A stretch of 20,000 bases of DNA from an uncultured virus (IMG/VR IMGVR_UViG_3300000255_000001) (taxonomy: Duplodnaviria > Heunggongvirae > Uroviricota > Caudoviricetes). The notes below the pieces were generated by a model. It searched no databases and had not been told where the DNA came from. It saw only the letters and a list, made by a program, of their open reading frames with translations. The stretch lies in IMG/VR virus record IMGVR_UViG_3300000255_000001; one strand, written 5' to 3'. Positions 1-8,204 of this stretch are shown here, piece after piece. The first letter of the stretch is position 1. Every line of letters begins with the position of its first letter. Position numbers and translations under genes: made by a program.

Positions 1-951
1 AAGTATGCTGGTTATGAAGAGCAACGTTATGACGCATTGCGTTTATCAAAAGGTATGACTTATAAAAATGCCTTAGCAGGATTACATTTTGGTGGTGGTA
101 AATCTACTATAAACGCTAACACAGCAAAATCTCCTGACTTGTGGAGATCATTTGCAGAAGTATTGGACTATACAGCAGGCACATATTATGGTGCTGGCGA
201 TGTAGGAACTAATGTAAATGATTTAGATGAAATACACAAACATACACAATATGTATTGGGATTTGGTGGTCAAGATTCTGGATGGGCCACAGCATATGGT
301 TTATACTGTGCTACAAAAGGACTATTAAGAGTATTAGACGATACTAGTAAAGTTAATTGGACTGGCAAATCATTTTCGGTAGTTGGGTTAGGCAAAGTAG
401 GTAGCAGATTAATTAACTTCTTATCAGAACACCCAGTTAAGGTTTATGCTACAGACATACGCAAAGCTGCATTTAGGAATTTAAGAACAGCATTACAACA
501 CTTAAATACTCATTCTGATTTTGAATTAATATGGAGTGAAACTGATAACGATATACACGATATTGCTACAGATGTATATATGCCTTGTGCATTAGGCGGC
601 ACAATTACTCCAGACTTTATTAAAACTTTTAAAAGCAAAGCTATATGTGGTGGAGCAAATAATCAATTACGCACAACTAATGATGGAGATATATTACATA
701 AAGAGGGTATATTATATGTTCCCGATTATCTTTCTAATGCCGGCGGTGTGATTTTTATTAGTGCCGCATCCAATATAACGCATGATATAACAACAACACT
801 TGATATAGAATGGGATGATCCAATGGTAAAGCCAAAATTATTAGCACTACATGAAAAAGCGTATGATATACTTAAAACCAGTCAAGAAGAAGACAAACCA
901 ACTACACAAGTTGCTAAAGAAATGGTAGATAGTAAGGTAAAAGGCTTGTAA
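1..951 (+). CDS. Glu/Leu/Phe/Val amino-acid dehydrogenase (leucine dehydrogenase-like), 5'-truncated by window edge
   Basis: Frame is open from base 1 (KYAGYEEQRYDALRLSKGMTYKNALAGLHFGGGK). Family motifs: LRLSKGMTYK, GGGK, GDVG, NAD-binding VVGLGKVG, PCALGG, GGANNQL, PDYLSNAGG. Confidence 0.88.
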   Translation, partial: KYAGYEEQRYDALRLSKGMTYKNALAGLHFGGGKSTINANTAKSPDLWRSFAEVLDYTAGTYYGAGDVGTNVNDLDEIHKHTQYVLGFGGQDSGWATAYGLYCATKGLLRVLDDTSKVNWTGKSFSVVGLGKVGSRLINFLSEHPVKVYATDIRKAAFRNLRTALQHLNTHSDFELIWSETDNDIHDIATDVYMPCALGGTITPDFIKTFKSKAICGGANNQLRTTNDGDILHKEGILYVPDYLSNAGGVIFISAASNITHDITTTLDIEWDDPMVKPKLLALHEKAYDILKTSQEEDKPTTQVAKEMVDSKVKGL

Positions 952-974
952 TTTCTACACTTTTCTGCTATAAT
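946..974 (+). promoter_or_regulatory. sigma70-type promoter of DNA polymerase gene (extended -10)
   Basis: TTGTAA (946-951), 17-nt spacer, TGc then TATAAT (969-974). ATG follows after 6 intervening nt. Confidence 0.7.
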
Positions 975-980
975 TAGTTA

Positions 981-3632
981 ATGTATATTGATGCTTATTT
1001 AGATAAAGAACAAGAATGTATTAACGTTGCAGAACGAATTAACGGCAAGCGTCAATACAAACAGTATCCTGTAGAGTATGTTTTCTATTATGATGATATA
1101 AAAGGAAAGCATAAAACTATACACGACAGACCTGTTAGTAGATTTTATTCTAAAAACAAAAAAGAGTTTAATAGAGAACTCAAAATTAATAGTAGGAATC
1201 AAACTTATGAAAGTGACATTAATCCGATCTTTAGGTGTCTTGCTGATAATTATCTTGACGCCGATTCTCCTATTCTTAATATTTGCTACGTAGACATTGA
1301 GGCCGACTTTGATCCTGAAAAGGGATTTAGTCAACCAGAAGATCCTACTGCATCAGTAACTGCAATTACAGTATATCTCGGTCAATTACAACAATTGATA
1401 ACTTTAGCATTGAAACCAAAAACAATGCATGAGGATATAGCACAAGGTGTTGTAAAGAACTTTGAAAATACATTTGTCTATAACAGCGAAGCACAACTAC
1501 TACAAACATTTTTAGACTTAATAGAAGATAGTGATATCATAACTGGCTGGAACAGTGAAGGGTATGACTTGCCATATCTCGTTAATAGAGTTATTCGTGT
1601 ATTAAGTAAAGATGATACAAGGCGCTTTTGTTTATGGGATCAATTCCCAAAAAAATTCTCATATGAGAAATACGGGGGCGAACAAATAAGTTTTAAATTG
1701 ACAGGCAGAGTGCATTTAGACTATTTAGAATTGTATCGCAAATATACATATCATGAGATGCACAGTTATAGTCTCGACACAGTAGCGGAGTATGAATTAC
1801 AAGACAAGAAAATTCCATATGAAGGCACGTTAGACCAATTATACAATACAGACTTTGAAAAGTTTATAGAGTATAACAGGCAGGATGTTATGCTTATTGT
1901 GCGTATGGATGAGAAATTAAGATTTATTGACCTAGCAAACGAACTGGCACATCAAAACACTGTGCTATTACCCACAACAATGGGGGCAGTAGCAGTAACA
2001 GAGCAAGCGATTATTAATGAAGCACACGCACAAGGTTTAGTAGTTCCTAATAAACCTGACAGGGATGACAGCAAAACGGTTACGGCCGCTGGTGCATATG
2101 TAGCAACGCCCATGAAAGGATTACATCATTGGATTGGCTCAGTGGATATAAACAGTCTGTATCCAAGTGCTATACGAGCATTAAACATGAGTCCAGAAAC
2201 TATCATAGGACAATTGCGTCCTACTATGACGCAGAATCATATCAATAGTGTTATTGCATCAGGCAAAACTCAATCAGATGGCTGGGAAGGACAGTTTGGC
2301 TCGTTAGAATATGAAGCAGTAATGAACAGAGAGTCAAATACAGAAATTACTATTGACTGGGAAGATGGCAAGGAAGAAGTTAAAACAGCATTAGATATAC
2401 ACGGTATTGTGTTTGGTAAGCATGGCAACAAATTACTATTAAGTGCAAATGGCACATTATTTAGGAATGATAGAAAAGGAATTATTCCTGGATTGTTGGA
2501 AAAGTGGTATGCTGAACGTAAGCAAATGCAAACAAAATTGCACAAAGCCAAGACACAAAAAGATATTGTATTTTGGGATAAAAGGCAACTTGTAAAGAAA
2601 ATTAATCTAAATAGTTTATATGGTGCATTGTTAAATCCATATTGTAGATTCTTTGACATGCGTTTAGGACAAAGCACTACATTATGTGGCAGAACTATCA
2701 CAAAGCACATGGCAAGTTATATAAACAAAATTATAACAGGCAATTATGAGCATGATGGTGATGCTATTATATATGGCGACACAGACAGTTGTTATTTCTC
2801 AACATATGATATACTTAAAGAGGATATAGATGCAGGCAACATTCCGTGGGATAAAGAAACAGTTATTGAATTGTATGATAACGTAGCAGAGGAAGTTAAT
2901 AAATCATTTCCAGCATTTATGGCACAGAGTTTTAACTGTACAAAGGAATTAGGTGACATTATTAAGTGTGAGCGTGAGATTGTTGCAAGTAGTGGTTTGT
3001 TTATAACTAAGAAGCGATATGCTACTCTTATATATGATTTAGAAGGTAAACGTGTAGATCAAGACGGCCCTGGCAAGGTAAAAGCAATGGGCATGGACTT
3101 AAAGAGATCAGATACGCCAGTAATTATGCAAGACTTTCTAAATATACTATTGCTAGATGTTTTAACAAATATAAAAGAAGCAGAGATTATAGAGAAAATT
3201 AAAGCATTTAAGTTTGACTTTGCTGACAAACCAGGATGGGAAAAGGGAACTCCGAAACGGGTAAATAATTTAACAATGTATACTAAACGTGAAGAACGCG
3301 AAGGTAAAGCAAATATGCCAGGGCATGTCAGAGCGGCAATGAACTGGAATAACCTGCGGGATATGAATAGCGACAAGTATAGTATGCAAATAATGGATGG
3401 CCAAAAGACTATAGTATGTAAGTTAAAGAGCAATCCAATGGGCATAACCAGTGTAGCCTATCCAATTGATGAAGTAAGGTTACCAGACTGGTTTAAAGAA
3501 CTTCCATTTGATCATATTGCTATGGAAGAAACAATTATCGATAAAAAAATAGGGAATCTATTAAATGTTATGAAGTGGGATTTGCGACAAGGCACATCAC
3601 GCAGTACATTTGATGATTTATTTGAATTATGA
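981..3632 (+). CDS. Family B DNA polymerase (T4 gp43-like) with 3'-5' exonuclease
   Basis: ExoI DIEAD, ExoII GWNSEGYD, ExoIII YNRQD, motif A DINSLYPS, motif B KINLNSLYG, motif C YGDTDS. 883 aa with no intein or intron apparent. C-terminal TFDDLFEL. Confidence 0.97.
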   Translation: MYIDAYLDKEQECINVAERINGKRQYKQYPVEYVFYYDDIKGKHKTIHDRPVSRFYSKNKKEFNRELKINSRNQTYESDINPIFRCLADNYLDADSPILNICYVDIEADFDPEKGFSQPEDPTASVTAITVYLGQLQQLITLALKPKTMHEDIAQGVVKNFENTFVYNSEAQLLQTFLDLIEDSDIITGWNSEGYDLPYLVNRVIRVLSKDDTRRFCLWDQFPKKFSYEKYGGEQISFKLTGRVHLDYLELYRKYTYHEMHSYSLDTVAEYELQDKKIPYEGTLDQLYNTDFEKFIEYNRQDVMLIVRMDEKLRFIDLANELAHQNTVLLPTTMGAVAVTEQAIINEAHAQGLVVPNKPDRDDSKTVTAAGAYVATPMKGLHHWIGSVDINSLYPSAIRALNMSPETIIGQLRPTMTQNHINSVIASGKTQSDGWEGQFGSLEYEAVMNRESNTEITIDWEDGKEEVKTALDIHGIVFGKHGNKLLLSANGTLFRNDRKGIIPGLLEKWYAERKQMQTKLHKAKTQKDIVFWDKRQLVKKINLNSLYGALLNPYCRFFDMRLGQSTTLCGRTITKHMASYINKIITGNYEHDGDAIIYGDTDSCYFSTYDILKEDIDAGNIPWDKETVIELYDNVAEEVNKSFPAFMAQSFNCTKELGDIIKCEREIVASSGLFITKKRYATLIYDLEGKRVDQDGPGKVKAMGMDLKRSDTPVIMQDFLNILLLDVLTNIKEAEIIEKIKAFKFDFADKPGWEKGTPKRVNNLTMYTKREEREGKANMPGHVRAAMNWNNLRDMNSDKYSMQIMDGQKTIVCKLKSNPMGITSVAYPIDEVRLPDWFKELPFDHIAMEETIIDKKIGNLLNVMKWDLRQGTSRSTFDDLFEL

Positions 3633-4543
3633 ACTTATTAGAATATATTAAAGAGCGTGAGTTATTAGATAAACTTAATACTGAAGATATTAATGAAAAT
3701 TTTGATGATATAAATCAAATAATAGATAATAGTACAATAAAATATAATAAGACCATATTAACAAAATTTAATAAGGAATTAAAAAATTTAGAACTTGAAA
3801 TTAGAAATGTTGATTTAAAATTACAAAATACTTTTTATACAAAAATACAACCACCACGATTAAAACAGAGTTATGCTAATTATGAAAAAACGAAAAAACA
3901 TACCGATATTGAGATAATTCCTGATGATTTCTGGCGTGATGAATTAAAAGCTCTAATAATGACTAAAATTAAAAAGAATATAGATTTTCAATATCCTGGG
4001 TGTGAAATAGGCCCGCGGTCTAGTTTTTGGACAAGGGATTTAGTAGGTATGGATCCGTTATTCTTAATTGGACCAGATTTAACACCAATTGAATATGTTA
4101 GATCCCAATTTAATAACGTATATAAACGACGAATTAGAGTGTATCAATTAGAAGATGCTAATTTTAGTTATTTGCCGCAAAACGCATTTGCATTTGTGTT
4201 TAGCTGGTACCATCTTGAATTTCTGCCATATGACATTATTAACCGATATCTAGTAGGAATATTTGATATATTAATGCCTGGTGGAACTGCTATTTTAAGT
4301 TATGCTAATTGTTTATTAGAAAAATCAGCAGAGCAGTTCGAAAACAAACATTATTGTTATATGACTAGAGAATTAATGGAAGGATTGGCCAATAAAAATG
4401 GTTTTGACGTTATTGAGGAATCAGATTACCAATTTAGATTAAGTTGGGTTATAATCAGAAAACCTGGGAAATTAGCAAAAGGAATTAAACACACACCTAG
4501 TATTGGTTATCTAAAAGTTCATGATCAAGAGCCAATACCTTGA
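3629..4543 (+). CDS. Putative class I SAM-dependent methyltransferase with N-terminal coiled-coil-like region
   Basis: Motif I-like GCEIGPRSSFW, then FAFVFSWYHLEFL and ILMPGGTAILSY, typical of the Rossmann MTase core. ATGA overlap with the polymerase stop. Confidence 0.6.
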   Translation: MNLLEYIKERELLDKLNTEDINENFDDINQIIDNSTIKYNKTILTKFNKELKNLELEIRNVDLKLQNTFYTKIQPPRLKQSYANYEKTKKHTDIEIIPDDFWRDELKALIMTKIKKNIDFQYPGCEIGPRSSFWTRDLVGMDPLFLIGPDLTPIEYVRSQFNNVYKRRIRVYQLEDANFSYLPQNAFAFVFSWYHLEFLPYDIINRYLVGIFDILMPGGTAILSYANCLLEKSAEQFENKHYCYMTRELMEGLANKNGFDVIEESDYQFRLSWVIIRKPGKLAKGIKHTPSIGYLKVHDQEPIP

Positions 4544-4568
4544 CAATTAATCAATTTTATAATATAAT
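4540..4568 (+). promoter_or_regulatory. Consensus sigma70 promoter upstream of clamp/transglycosylase genes
   Basis: TTGACA (4540-4545), 17-nt spacer, TATAAT (4563-4568). Confidence 0.8.
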
Positions 4569-4628
4569 ATACTTTAATGTAGAAAATCACTATTTTTCTA
4601 TAATATAACTTTAACGTAGGAATAATCA
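4563..4628 (+). repeat. Imperfect tandem direct repeat of -10/leader unit
   Basis: TATAATATACTTTAATGTAGAAAATCA (4563-4589) vs TATAATATAACTTTAACGTAGGAATAATCA (4599-4628). Confidence 0.65.
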
Positions 4629-5360
4629 ATGAAAGATATTTTAGCAGATGTAATTAGTCATACACACGCCTTAGGCTATTTAGAAATTATTAAGGTAACC
4701 GGCACAACAACGGATACGACAATAGAGTCTATGGCTGAGGATAGGAGTGTCGTGTTACAAGCAGAAACACACGACCCAGTGTCAGAGTTTATAGGCACGT
4801 TTGGTATGCCAAACCTTAATAAACTAGACACGTTATTAAAGATTCCTGAATATAAGGAAGATGCGAAGTTAGAACTTAGTCAACAGGAACGCAATGGTGA
4901 AGTGGTTCCTACAGGTATTCACTTTGAGAACAAAGCAGGTGACTTCCAAAACGATTACAGATTTATGAACGCTGAAATTATAGAAAACAAACTTAAAAGC
5001 GTAAAGTTTAAAGGCGTCGAATGGGATATTGAGTTTGAGCCAAATACTCCAGCAATTATGCGTTTTGGCTATCAAGCACAAGTAAACTCAGAGGAAGATG
5101 TATTTACAGTTAAGACTGATAAAAAGAATTTAATATTTGAGTTTGGTGATCATAGTACACACGCAGGACAGTTTGTGTTTGAAACAAGTATAGGTAGTTC
5201 ATTAAAAACAGGATGGACGTGGCCAGTACAGCAAGTGTTAAAGATTTTACATTTAACTGGCGACAAAGTAATGTCATTTAGCGATAAAGGCGCATTGCGG
5301 GTACTAGTAGATAGCGGTTTAGCAAAATACAATTATATATTACCAGCACAAAGTAAATGA
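4629..5360 (+). CDS. Probable DNA sliding clamp (gp45/PCNA-like processivity factor)
   Basis: 243 aa, acidic, beta-rich two-domain pattern ending in GALRVLVDSGLAKYNYILPA, like PCNA-type C-terminal strands. Lies near the polymerase. Assignment is by size, pattern and context. Confidence 0.65.
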   Translation: MKDILADVISHTHALGYLEIIKVTGTTTDTTIESMAEDRSVVLQAETHDPVSEFIGTFGMPNLNKLDTLLKIPEYKEDAKLELSQQERNGEVVPTGIHFENKAGDFQNDYRFMNAEIIENKLKSVKFKGVEWDIEFEPNTPAIMRFGYQAQVNSEEDVFTVKTDKKNLIFEFGDHSTHAGQFVFETSIGSSLKTGWTWPVQQVLKILHLTGDKVMSFSDKGALRVLVDSGLAKYNYILPAQSK

Positions 5361-6835
5361 GAGAAAACCTTGTAGAAACACAGGGAAACTATGCCATCTA
5401 CTTACCAGCCATTAGTAGTTTTTATGCCGCATATGTAGGCAAACAACGATACGAAGAATTTGTACCCCAAGATAGAATTCCGTCTCGTTTTACTAGTGGT
5501 ATAGAAGGCTTAAACTTCCTTAATATGCGTGAAGGATATTTTAAGTATCCTTGGGCATTGTATTCTGCGGGTCATGCTGATATGAATTTAGATAAGTTCT
5601 CTGCTAAAGAGGACATGGTCCGCAATAGAGCACAAGACACTGTATTAGTAGGTGACAGCGGTGGATTCCAAATATCCAAGGGTGTGTGGATGGGAGAATG
5701 GCTGGAACCATACGGTGTTGATAAGAAAACTGACGAAATACGCGAAAAAGTATTACGGTTTTTAGAAGGCACATTTGATTACTCAATGGTTCTTGACTTA
5801 CCTACGTTTAGTGTTACTCACTCACATTTACACGGACTTGATACTTGGCAAAAATGCTTGCAAGGCACGTTAAACAATAATGATTACTTCGCACAAGCAC
5901 GTGAGCCAGGTGCTACAAAGTTTTTAAACGTATTACAAGGCAACAATTGGAAGCAATGTGAGGAATGGTATGAGGCCGTTAAACCATACAGCACAGGCGA
6001 GAAGGCAAACTTTGAGGGATGGGCATTAAGTTCTATCAATAAAAAGGATGTAGAGATTGCTATACGCAGACTATTGAAAATGCGTGAGGATGGATTTTTA
6101 GGTGAGACAGAATGGATGCATTACTTGGGCACAGGTGAATTGCTTTGGAGTATTGTGCTCACATCATTTCAACGTGAAATACGTGATAAAATAAACCCAG
6201 ACATTATACTATCATATGATTGTGCATCACCGTTTTTAGCAACAGCATATGGCACGATGTATACAAGCATACACACTGACCATTTACGCAAGGGTTGGAC
6301 TTATAGAATGCTTAAAGCAGTAGATGACAAAAAGTATTCAACAGATACAAGAATATTTGATTACAATATTGAATTTCCTGACAGAGATTGGGAACCAAGT
6401 CCTATAAGCGAAAGAATACAAATGAATGACGTGTGTCCGTATGGCCCAGGTGATTTAAATAAAATAGGAAAGGAAGGAAGAACAAGTTGGGATAGTTTTA
6501 GTTATGCATTACAAATGGGACACAATGTTTACTTGCATATTTTAGCAACACAGCGAGCAAATGAATGTTATGATCAAGGAATAATGCCTAAACAATTAAT
6601 AGCACCAAATGGCGCTCACATAGCAGAAGTGATTCACGAGATATTTTCTAAGAAAGATCATGCTAATGCCATTGCTGAAGTAGAGAAATATAGTAGATGG
6701 TTTACACGCATCCAAGGGGTAAATACTTCTGAAGCCTATGCAGATGAATTAGGCATAGAACCAATGGGAAAGGATGAAGTGATGGCCAAGGAAGTATATA
6801 GTGCAGAGGAGTCATTTCATAACTTATTTGAGTAA
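5357..6835 (+). CDS. dpdA: TGT-fold guanine transglycosylase, DpdA-like (7-deazaguanine insertion)
   Basis: TGT catalytic motifs in order: GDSGGFQ, MVLDLP, NVLQG, GWALSS, HYLGTG, SYDCAS, C-terminal GHNV. Clustered with folE/queD/queE. Subfamily not determined. Confidence 0.8.
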   Translation: MRENLVETQGNYAIYLPAISSFYAAYVGKQRYEEFVPQDRIPSRFTSGIEGLNFLNMREGYFKYPWALYSAGHADMNLDKFSAKEDMVRNRAQDTVLVGDSGGFQISKGVWMGEWLEPYGVDKKTDEIREKVLRFLEGTFDYSMVLDLPTFSVTHSHLHGLDTWQKCLQGTLNNNDYFAQAREPGATKFLNVLQGNNWKQCEEWYEAVKPYSTGEKANFEGWALSSINKKDVEIAIRRLLKMREDGFLGETEWMHYLGTGELLWSIVLTSFQREIRDKINPDIILSYDCASPFLATAYGTMYTSIHTDHLRKGWTYRMLKAVDDKKYSTDTRIFDYNIEFPDRDWEPSPISERIQMNDVCPYGPGDLNKIGKEGRTSWDSFSYALQMGHNVYLHILATQRANECYDQGIMPKQLIAPNGAHIAEVIHEIFSKKDHANAIAEVEKYSRWFTRIQGVNTSEAYADELGIEPMGKDEVMAKEVYSAEESFHNLFE

Positions 6836-6978
6836 TGACACTTTTAGAGTATATACAGCAACGTATAGAACTAAACAAACAACATAATAATATAATTCGA
6901 TTTCCTATAGAGAAACGAATCAATGATATAGAGGAGCAAAAACATGGCAGTAAAGAAAAAGAAAGCAAAAGCAGTTAA
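6835..6978 (+). CDS. Small hypothetical protein (47 aa, MTLLEYIQQRIELNKQHNNIIRFPIEKR...), not in ORF track
   Basis: TAATG overlap with the transglycosylase stop. Fills the gap before clpP. Stop TAA at 6976-6978. Confidence 0.45.
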   Translation: MTLLEYIQQRIELNKQHNNIIRFPIEKRINDIEEQKHGSKEKESKSS

Positions 6979-7585
6979 GAACGCGGCCGCGGATAAGGAT
7001 ACAGAAGCAGGTCCAAAACCACAACGCCCACGTGGCCCGCAACCAAGCGGTGATCCACTATATGATAATAACATTCATATGTTTATGACTGACTTTAATG
7101 AAGAATCATGTGGTATGGCAATTAGGTTTATACTTGAGAAAAACGTATTACCTACAAAATTAAAACCAAAATATCTTACACTAATGATTAATAGTCCTGG
7201 TGGTGAAGTTGCACACGCATTTGCTTTAATAGATGTTATGAAGGGATCTTCTATTCCTGTACGCACAATAGGATTAGGTATGATTGCTTCTTGTGGCGTA
7301 CTGACATTTATGGCAGGGCAAAAAGGCTATAGAACAATTACACCAAATACTAGCATATTAAGTCACCAATATAGTTGGGGCAGTAGAGGTAAAGAACACG
7401 AATTATTCGCAGTTGTGCGAGAATTTGAAATGAGTACAGAACGTATGTTATCACATTATAAAAAATGTACTGGACTTACTGAAAAGAAGATTCGTGAAGT
7501 ATTGTTACCGCCACAAGATGTATGGCTTAATGCTGACGAGGCAGTAAAGTATGGTGTTGCGGATAAGATTAAATCAGTATACTGA
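6944..7585 (+). CDS. clpP: ClpP-family serine protease subunit
   Basis: INSPGG, IASCG (catalytic Ser), ILSHQY (His), QDVWLNADEAVKYGVAD (Asp region). SD GAGGAG at 6931-6936. Confidence 0.9.
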   Translation: MAVKKKKAKAVKNAAADKDTEAGPKPQRPRGPQPSGDPLYDNNIHMFMTDFNEESCGMAIRFILEKNVLPTKLKPKYLTLMINSPGGEVAHAFALIDVMKGSSIPVRTIGLGMIASCGVLTFMAGQKGYRTITPNTSILSHQYSWGSRGKEHELFAVVREFEMSTERMLSHYKKCTGLTEKKIREVLLPPQDVWLNADEAVKYGVADKIKSVY

Positions 7586-7851
7586 TGGAAATCGGAAGGT
7601 TTAATATTAATAAAGTTACTGTCCGTGATAGATGGATAGGAGAAACATCGGGTAAAACTGTAGAAGGCGGCGCACTAAACGCCAGCTACAGAACCGTTGA
7701 AGCAGTTGCTATGCTATGCAACCATCTGGGCACATTAGGTCTGATATATGGCGAAGATTTCACTTGGGACGGTATTGACGCCAAAGGAAATGTAGTGATA
7801 CAATACAAAGAAGGACACTCATCTTTACTTGACAATATCAAGTGGTCATAG
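7585..7851 (+). CDS. Hypothetical protein (88 aa)
   Basis: TGATG coupling with the clpP stop. No recognisable motif. Confidence 0.6.
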   Translation: MEIGRFNINKVTVRDRWIGETSGKTVEGGALNASYRTVEAVAMLCNHLGTLGLIYGEDFTWDGIDAKGNVVIQYKEGHSSLLDNIKWS

Positions 7852-7857
7852 TATAAT
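7829..7857 (+). promoter_or_regulatory. Consensus sigma70 promoter of ferredoxin/dpdL-like unit
   Basis: TTGACA (7829-7834), 17-nt spacer, TATAAT (7852-7857). ATG follows after 6 intervening nt. Confidence 0.8.
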
Positions 7858-7863
7858 TACGTT

Positions 7864-8202
7864 ATGACATATATAGTTAATGAACTTTGCGTTAAATGTA
7901 AATTAACGGACTGCGTAGAAGTATGCCCGGTGGACTGCTTTTACGAAGGCGAAAACATGCTAATTATACATCCAGACGAGTGTATTGACTGTGGTATATG
8001 TGAGCCTGAATGTCCCATTGAAGCCATTGTACCAGACAATGAATACACGCAAACTGGCAGTATAGATTGGGCAGAATTCAATGACAAATACTCTAGAATA
8101 TGGCCCAACATAACAGAGCAAAAGGACCCAATGCCCGACCACAAATCGTGGGAAGGGGTAGATGGAAAAGAAGAACACGTATCAACTGAACCTGTGAGTT
8201 AA
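7864..8202 (+). CDS. fdxA: Dicluster ferredoxin, FdxA type
   Basis: [21 protein letters not shown] and [17 protein letters not shown], then the W...N.KYS..WPNIT tail typical of proteobacterial FdxA. Confidence 0.93.
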   Translation: MTYIVNELCVKCKLTDCVEVCPVDCFYEGENMLIIHPDECIDCGICEPECPIEAIVPDNEYTQTGSIDWAEFNDKYSRIWPNITEQKDPMPDHKSWEGVDGKEEHVSTEPVS

Positions 8203-8204
8203 TT

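Noticed and set aside
981..3632. Intein or intron in the DNA polymerase
   Set aside because: Continuous ORF of normal length, with motifs in order and no splice or homing endonuclease signatures.
5357..6835. Ordinary tRNA-guanine transglycosylase (tgt) for queuosine
   Set aside because: It lacks the CxCxxC zinc motif of bacterial Tgt, is longer, has no queA/queF/queC nearby and is coupled to the clamp gene. A DpdA-like role fits better, though tRNA activity is not excluded.
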